Source of the DNA: Girardia tigrina
Lineage: Eukaryota
Length of the DNA stretch: 51,910 bases
Direction: 5' to 3'
NCBI GenBank assembly: GCA_001938485.1
Contig: MQRK01235592.1
Coordinates: forward strand, 30,270-82,179
The position numbers and the translations under genes are program-made. The notes under the pieces were generated by a model, which saw only the letters and a program-made list of their open reading frames with translations, made no database searches and had not been told where the DNA came from. Positions 44,425-51,910 of this stretch are shown here, piece by piece; within the stretch, counting starts at the first letter, position 1; every line of letters starts with the position of its first letter.

Positions 44425-44752
44425 AAAAATAACCGAAACCAAAGACGGGAATTGTTTTTCAACACCGCTGAGAAAGTTCGCTAACTCATCGACTCCAAAT
44501 GATGAGAATTTCGAGTCTTCATGTTCGATTAACACACCGCGGGGAACGCAAATCCATCACCCATTTCACATGATGAACATGAGCAATTTGAGCCGACTAA
44601 TCACCAGTCCAGACATGTTCTCCAGCAGCCGCGTCTATCCCCAGGTAGACTCGAATTGTCTGTCGCCAGATTTGATCGGGGCACTCTTCCCCAAGAAGAT
44701 CGAGACGAATTTCGATATGCAGCAACAATTGGAGGACAATCTCGTGAGGAAG
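44425..44752 (+). CDS. BORA: Probable protein aurora borealis (Bora, Aurora A/Plk1 activator), exon 2; later exons not found in the window
   Basis: GC-richer exon with AG/GT ends and S/TP-rich sequence. TPRGTQIHHPF..MSNLSRLITSPDMF..CLSPDLIGALFPKKIE..QQQLED is collinear with the Bora N-terminus as I recall it (TPGRIPVLNPF..YSNLHEQTLASPSVF..WSIDQLAVINPVEID). Confidence 0.6.
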
Positions 44753-45024
44753 GTGAATGATTTAAGAATTATATCTAAATATTTTTGTCTCGGCACATAT
44801 TTCGCATTTTCAATTGATCTAGAAAAGAATGATACAATACGATTTGATTTATCTTATTCTAATGAAATATTATTTAAACGTATTGTAACAAAATCTATTT
44901 ATTATGTTGGTCGAAAAATAATGGCGGTTTTTGAGCTTTATACTTTGTTTATCTACTTTGATATATATATAAGTTTAAATGCATTAGTGTTAGATATTAT
45001 TTGAAATCTTATGCCTAGCTGTAT

Positions 45025-45478
45025 NNNNNNNNNNNNNNNNNNNNNNNNNNNNNNNNNNNNNNNNNNNNNNNNNNNNNNNNNNNNNNNNNNNNNNNNNNNN
45101 NNNNNNNNNNNNNNNNNNNNNNNNNNNNNNNNNNNNNNNNNNNNNNNNNNNNNNNNNNNNNNNNNNNNNNNNNNNNNNNNNNNNNNNNNNNNNNNNNNNN
45201 NNNNNNNNNNNNNNNNNNNNNNNNNNNNNNNNNNNNNNNNNNNNNNNNNNNNNNNNNNNNNNNNNNNNNNNNNNNNNNNNNNNNNNNNNNNNNNNNNNNN
45301 NNNNNNNNNNNNNNNNNNNNNNNNNNNNNNNNNNNNNNNNNNNNNNNNNNNNNNNNNNNNNNNNNNNNNNNNNNNNNNNNNNNNNNNNNNNNNNNNNNNN
45401 NNNNNNNNNNNNNNNNNNNNNNNNNNNNNNNNNNNNNNNNNNNNNNNNNNNNNNNNNNNNNNNNNNNNNNNNNNNNNN
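45025..45478. other. Assembly gap
   Basis: Run of N. Confidence 1.
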
Positions 45479-45866
45479 CCGACGTCGATCTGCACAGTGG
45501 TTGGACAAAGATGAAGTACCGAAACACTTTCCAAAACCGAAACTAACACCCCGTAAGATTATGGTGATAGTTTGGTGGTGTGATGCTGGAATCATCCCCT
45601 ATAATTTCTTGAATCCAGGCGAGAGAGAGAACCTTGGAGAGGTACTGTCATGAAATTGATGAAATGCATAAAAAATTGAAAACCCTTTGTCCGGGATTGG
45701 TCAATCGAAAAAGTCCCATCCTTCTTCATGATAACGCTAGACCTCATATTTCAAAAGTGACTCTTCAAAAGCTTAATGAGTTGTGCTATGAAACCCTGCT
45801 TCATCCACCATATTAACCGGACCTCTCGCCAACGGACTTCTACTTTTTCAGGCATTTGTACAACTT
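45479..45866 (+). mobile_element. mariner (cecropia-like) internal fragment
   Basis: RRSAQWLDKDEVPKHFPKP, IVWW, ILLHDNARPH, HPPY*PDLSPTDF. Confidence 0.88.
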
Positions 45867-45886
45867 GTATTTGTATTGTATTTATA

Positions 45887-47234
45887 CAATGGAACTCGGA
45901 TATCTCGGAGACATTTACTGGTCCCATGTTTTTCCTATATTGTTTCTTTATCCTTTTAATCGGCTATCTCGAAAACACGGATATCTTGAAGCAAATTTAC
46001 GTAAAATTTGGTTAAATTTTCCCGTATATCTCGAATTTTTATAATTTAAATGTATTTGTTTTATAAATTATGGTTATAGCATGTGTTGGGTGCGTTATCA
46101 ACGATATACTTCATAATACAAAATATTTATTAATATAACAATTAACTATTTTTCAAGCAAATTTATGAGGAACGATGTTTTTCTTATTTTGCACAAACCA
46201 GTTATCAAAATCGCTAAATATAAATACTGTTATTGTCAATTAAATATATCGAATTGGATAATTGAATGTATAACTTAATGTAGTTCTTTATTTTCGTCAA
46301 GAATCAACCAATCAAATCACATATACATGGCTATTTAGCCAAATTTGGAAAATTAAGCATACAATCTGACAATTAAGATGTATAATTTATTATAGAAGTT
46401 GTACATAACAACGTTTTATAACCCCCAACATACATAATTACACACAAAAATGCATGCAGACAAGAGTCAAAACACACATACACATTTGGACATTTAAATA
46501 TATCATTGGACATTTAAGATTCGGATTTTTTAATAAAATTTTCATATTATTAAATTTCTTTAGGCATTTAATCATAATGTTGCCAAAACCTTAGGATAAA
46601 TAAAATTTTTATCCTTGCCGAAAATGGCTTTTTAATATTGCCAGAGCGTTTTGGCAACAAAATTTATGATTTAATCAAGAAATTTTATCATTATATACTT
46701 AAATGTCCGATATGATATATCGAATTGATAATGACAGTATCAATATATAAATTTTAATTAAATTATAAATATTTATACGTTTTTTATTATAAATTTACGA
46801 CTTTATTAACCACAAATGAAGCTCAATGAAGGAGTTTAAACTGACGAAATCACAATGCTAACTCACCTTGAAGAAGTGGCCGTCACGGGAAAGAAAAAGC
46901 AGACTCTCATAACAGACCTCTCTTGTTAATCTTTATTTCTGCTATGCCAGTAATATACTTTACTGTATGTATTGCACATTATTCCATGCTTATGATCCAT
47001 TAATTCTCTTTGTGTTTTATTTTGAATATTCACAACAGTTTTTTAAAGCGAGAATTATGTTTTTTTTATTCTGGGGGATTAAGATTCCATTAATGTCTAG
47101 TGAGAATTTCTGAATTAAAACAGCATGAGATTCTCGTCAACGGTAAATTTAATTACAACCTCGGTTATCTCGAAACTCGGATATCTCGATTTTTTTTCGT
47201 TCCCCATCGAATTCGAGATATCCGAGTCCTACTG
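45887..47234. mobile_element. Non-autonomous pogo/Tigger-like element with nested insertions
   Basis: TA|CAATGGAACTCGGATATCTCG ... CGAGATATCCGAGTCCTACTG|TA, with repeated CGGATATCTCG subterminal motifs. Confidence 0.85.
46225..46741. mobile_element. Foldback element nested in the pogo-like element
   Basis: ATACTGTTATTGTCAATT vs AATTGATAATGACAGTAT; GGACATTTAAG vs CTTAAATGTCC; TGTTGCCAAAAC vs GTTTTGGCAACA. Confidence 0.6.
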
Positions 47235-47554
47235 TAATATAATTACCTAATGTTTGTTTGTTCCTTACGCTTGATAATCTACTTAAAATTGTAAGTGTAA
47301 CATAATTTGTCTAATGTAACCTTAATGTTATGATTTATCTTTTCATTTAAATTTTTTAAATTTTACAATGATATTTTTAATAATTAAAAATAATTTTTTT
47401 AAATTTTCCATAAAAGCTTACATTAAAACTAACAAATATTTTATAAATTAAATTATAATTGCGATGATGGAGAATGAAACTTCAAAACATGTTATATAGC
47501 CGATTAAAAAGCTCGAATTCTAATTATTATGGAATTCCTAAGACTCAACAATTT

Positions 47555-50500
47555 CGCTGGTTTTTCGATTTGTAGTTGGTGAATCGTTTTGACATTAAAT
47601 AAAAATAATTCAGCCACATTTTCAGATATTTATCTCAAACGGTTTTCGAGTATTTTAAAGAAAACCGTTTTTCGATTTTATTTTTTTAAATAGTATCATT
47701 CAAAATAAATCAATAACGATTTTTTTCCTTAATTCTTAGGAGTAAAAAACATTTTAAAAATATTACTATAAATCTCCGTTGGAAAGTCGATTTTTTAAAA
47801 ATAAAATTAAATTAAAATCATCTTTTGACCACGTTTTTGAAGTGTCCACCGCCATTTTTTTAGAAAATGTTTTTTTACTCCTTTACACTCAGGATTTTTT
47901 CATTTGTTTGAAGTGGTGGAACATAATGAAAAAAATAAGCTATTTTTTTCAAAATATCGCGTTTAAAACTCTTATTAAATCTAAATGTTTAAACAAATAT
48001 TTTGAATGCTATCTAACTGAAATATATAAAAAATAATTTTTCAACTGCAAACATACATTTTATTCATAAAAATATTAAAAAAATTAAGAAATTTGTTTTT
48101 AAAAAATATATTATTTTAAATAACATCAATTAGTCTTCGTCACTATCTTCATTCACTACAGCATTAACACTTTCGTTTATAAACAGCCGACTCAATATTT
48201 CGGCTTGTCTTATTATTTTAGCCAAATATCGAGCGCCAATGTGAGAGCAGCACCCTACAGTACACCTACCATTAGCACAATCACAACAATGTCGACTTAT
48301 TCCAGAAATTGTATTCGTATCTGACTGATAATCAACGAAACAATTATATGTTTTTGAATTACTATGTAGTTTAATGATATTCGATGTAATTGTTGCGCCT
48401 TCTTTCATTATTTCAGCTAAGTATGACACAGCTTGAGACAATTGATATGATCCAGTAAAAAATATCTTAAGATCTTGTTCTGTTAACTCTGGAAAATTTG
48501 TCAAATCGTCTGAAGTTATCGTACCAAAAGGAACACTTCGTCTTCCCCAACGATTAGTTTCTACCTTCAACACCAAAGTATTATTTTAGTCTTTTTTTAA
48601 TTTCATCACGACAATATTTTTTTCTGAAAGATCAACATCAGAATCAAGTCTTGCACCAAATTCATTATGCAAGAATCACGAAACTCGACAAAAAAATGAG
48701 TTTTAGGAAGTAACTTTTTATCTAGTTTATGATCTTAAAGCTAGAACTTTTGCTTAATATCACCATTCACGGCTTCAATTACCCAGCGAATATTAGTAAC
48801 AAAACGAGATTGGTTTGACTCATCTGTAGTAAGCTGATTGCGTTTTCCTTTAAGAGCGGGCATTAACAATTTGAATCTCAGTTGTTCCAAATATTCTACT
48901 AGATCATGAAAGCCTCGATCGACTACAATGATATCATCTTTTTTCAATAATTTCATTAGATCATTCGGATCATTCAAGACTATTTTCATAATTTCTGCAT
49001 CGTTCATATTAGCAGTGTATGGCCCAAGCATATCTGCAACGAAACAATTTGTAGGGCATATCGTAAAGGGCTTGCACAAAGGCACTTTTTTGACCGGAGT
49101 ATGATTTTCTCTGGTATTCATTATTTGTGCTTTTTTGATGGTAAATATATGTTTCATCACAAATAATTACTAACTGGTTATCTTTCAGTTCATACAAATT
49201 TCTAGCTGAATTTGATGAATTGGAGATTAATGTTTCTCTATTGATGGCATCAATTCCAAAATACAGAGGCAAAACATCTTTTTCAAATGTGGAAAAAACT
49301 GCATTACAGTAGTCAGACACCATTTCTTCACGAACTAAACCAAAAATCGAAGATATTTTAGAATTCGAATTTCCGTTCTTAGTTTAAATAAAAATATAAA
49401 GAGCTTCAATGACTCTGCGATTTGTTGAGTTTTTCATCGATGTTAACATATCACATAGTTTTGTGAGTTTAGCCCATGTAAGGCCTGTGAATATCTTCAA
49501 TTGTTCCTCTGATAATGAGTGGTCTCTAATTTTATCAATTAAAGATGAATCACTATCAGCAGCCAGTTGTCCGAGTAATTTATCTAAGTCCCGAACTTCA
49601 ATTACACTAGAATTTAAATTAATTCTGAAGTAATTAATGTCTTCGTCGTAAAATCGTCGTTTTATAAGATGATCTTTACAGTATCGATTTCCGTTAGGAA
49701 TAAAAATTCGTCTTACAAATACTTGACAATTTTCATATTATTTTGAGATCCACAAATGCAACAATATTTGTGAGTGGCGATAATTCTCGGAAGATCTATC
49801 TCTACAAATTTTAATTCTTCTATTTTTTCTACCAAAACGAACCTTGGTCGGCAGATGAATCTTCAGTTGTAATGTTGTTGGTTAATCTGGGTAAAATTGG
49901 TCGGCATTTATTACAAAAAATGTTATTAATAACAACTTTTTTCCCAATTTTCCCTGATGCCATATTAGCCTCATCAATTGTCCTAATTACTTTTTTTACG
50001 TCCAACTGACTTGCGAAGATGAATATTGCAATTGACGCATTTTTCATTACGAAAATCCATGTTAACGACTGCAATAAAATATAACATATATTAAAACTGA
50101 ATAGATAAAATTATATGTAAGTATAAAAAATATTTTACTTACCGCAACGACATAAACGTTTGTAGCACTGTTAGCTAAAATTATGCAAATGAATATATAT
50201 ATATATATATATATATATGTTTTAAATTATGGCAATTAAAAAACAAAAAGTATTTAAACAATCATATTTTTATGAAAAAAATATTTTTACGAATTGATGT
50301 TATTTAAAATAATATATTTTTTAAAAACAAATTTCTTAATTTTTTTTTAATATTTTTATGAATAAAATGTATGTTTGCAGTTGAAAAAATATTTTTTATA
50401 TATTTCAGTTAGATAGCATTCAAAATATTTGTTTAAATATTTAGATTTAAAGAGTTTTAAACACGATATTTTCAAAAAAATAGCTTATTTTTTTCATTAT

Positions 50501-50861
50501 GTTCCACCACTTCAAACAAATGAAAAAAATCCTGAGTGTAAAGGAGTAAAAAACATTTTCTAAAAAAATTGGCGGTGGACACTTCAAAAACGAGGTCAAA
50601 AAATGATTTTTATTTTATTTTTAAAAAATCGACTTTCCACCTGAGATCTATAGTAATAATTTTTAAATGTTTTTTACTCCTAAGAATTAAGGCAAAATCG
50701 TTATTGATTCATTTTGAATTTTACTATTAAAAAAATAAAATCGAAAAACGGTTTTCTTTAAATTACTCGAAAACCGTTTGAGATAAATATCTGAAAATTT
50801 GGCTGAATTATTTTTATTTAATGTCAAAACGATTCACCAACTACAAATCGAAAAACCCGCG
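47555..50861 (-). mobile_element. DNA transposon with ~575-bp TIRs encoding a DDE_Tnp_4-type transposase with C-terminal SWIM finger (ISL2EU/Kolobok-Hydra-like); ORF ~50060-48130, frameshifted
   Basis: 47555-48130 and 50292-50861 are near-identical inverted repeats. Motifs CDETY..QKS..QRKSYSGQK, KPF, NDAEI, VDRGF, SRFVT.IRWVIEAVNG, CDCANGRCTVGCCSH. Confidence 0.9.
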
Positions 50862-50889
50862 GGGGAAGATTTCCCTTTTAAACCCGGCT

Positions 50890-51255
50890 ATACCCTTTGG
50901 GGTCATCCTCTGTGGATAATCTTCGAGGCTTAAACGCTGATACCATTCATAATATTGAGTATGACTTAAACAATTCTCTCCGTAAACCTGCTGCATCATT
51001 AGAAATGTTTCTGAATTTTTCCCCAATTTAAAGAAAAATTTGATGCAATTGTTTCTCAGGAAACTTCATTTCCTAAATAATAAAAAATAGTCAAATGCAC
51101 TCATGAAAAACTAACTAAACTATTAATATTTTATTAATTAAATGAATAATCATATTAAGTTCAAGGTTACTGTTCATCAAATACTGTAGTACATTCAACC
51201 TGTATTGTATCCTCTTTATCTTACATTAAAAGTTCGGTTTATTTTTGGACATGCA
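50890..51255 (-). mobile_element. mariner 5' fragment
   Basis: CIKFFFKLGKNSETFLMMQQVYGENCLSHTQYYEWYQR; TIR-like GTCCAAAAATAAACCGAACTTTT. Confidence 0.75.
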
Positions 51256-51538
51256 AATTTCAAAACATCAATCTAATTTCCTTGGGCTCCAACTTTTTGA
51301 GAATTATAGAGAGATTAATATTTAATGTCCAATTATCAGAATCATGTAATTAAGAAACTAGTAAAATTTGCTAAATCAATCGAAAAAGAAGTTTGGGAAT
51401 CACTAATATCCGTGAATTGTAAAATTGATAATCAGATTTTAAATCTATTTTTTAACAACCTTCATATGGCCTCAGAGTACTTATTTCTTGACAAAACGAT
51501 GCGTGCGGCTATTCTAGATGACCACAACGATTATTTAA

Positions 51539-51731
51539 CCCTTTCCAGCCCATTAAATTACAGTTATCTCTTTTACCCAATTTAAATTTTACACGTAGTA
51601 ATAGTTTATAAAAAGTCTAATAGATGACACTACATATATTAGAATGCAAAAAAGCGCGATTCTCACTTGTTTCTAGAAACAAAACGACAATAAAATTTTT
51701 TTTTAAAAATAATAATTTGGGCTGGAAAGGG
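51539..51731. mobile_element. piggyBac-type MITE (193 bp)
   Basis: TTAA|CCCTTTCCAGCCCA ... TGGGCTGGAAAGGG|TTAA; perfect 14-bp TIR. Confidence 0.9.
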
Positions 51732-51883
51732 TTAAATAATTATACGTTATTCCTATCGAAAGTAGTGTTTGCTGCTTACCAGCCTCCTCAATATGGATAT
51801 GTTCTCTTGATTGTTGATTACAATGTTGGTGAATACTATATTTTAAACCCATGCACAATTAGAGACAATTCTATTAACGTTGA

Positions 51884-51910
51884 TATATATATATATATAT
51901 ATATATATAT
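51884..51910. repeat. (AT)n microsatellite
   Basis: Directly visible. Confidence 0.95.

Noticed and set aside
44753-45004. C-terminal part of the 198-aa ORF 44408-45004
   Set aside because: AT-rich read-through past the GT donor at 44753, so it is intronic.
51325-51585. Possible next BORA exon (ILNLFFNN)
   Set aside because: Lacks the expected PSPW motif and runs into a MITE; no support.

Overview
AT-rich eukaryotic (invertebrate animal-like) genomic DNA with three assembly gaps. It carries three host genes in a dense field of decayed transposons. (1) The last coding exon of SEC62 (+, 242-823). (2) A complete 7-exon sideroflexin gene (-, 36245-14366; 966 nt CDS, 321 aa), which I reconstructed by hand and the ORF track mostly misses. 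(3) The first two exons of a divergent, probable Aurora borealis (BORA) gene (+, from 44305). The rest comprises several mariners (mellifera-like, cecropia-like, one DD35D), a rosa-type element, IS630/Tc1 DD34E elements, pogo/Tigger elements, a CGGBP1-related hAT transposase, and a DDE_Tnp_4+SWIM element with ~575-bp TIRs. There are also Penelope-like fragments carrying minimal hammerhead-ribozyme motifs, an RLE non-LTR retrotransposon 3' end, and many MITEs (hAT/SPIN-like, pogo, piggyBac, foldback). None of the transposases appears intact. I see no clearly new multi-gene system. The best leads are a palindromic double-hammerhead module, a SPIN/URR1-like MITE, the CGGBP1-type hAT, the long-TIR element and a MITE with telomere-like repeats. 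All family calls come from motif recognition, not database searches.
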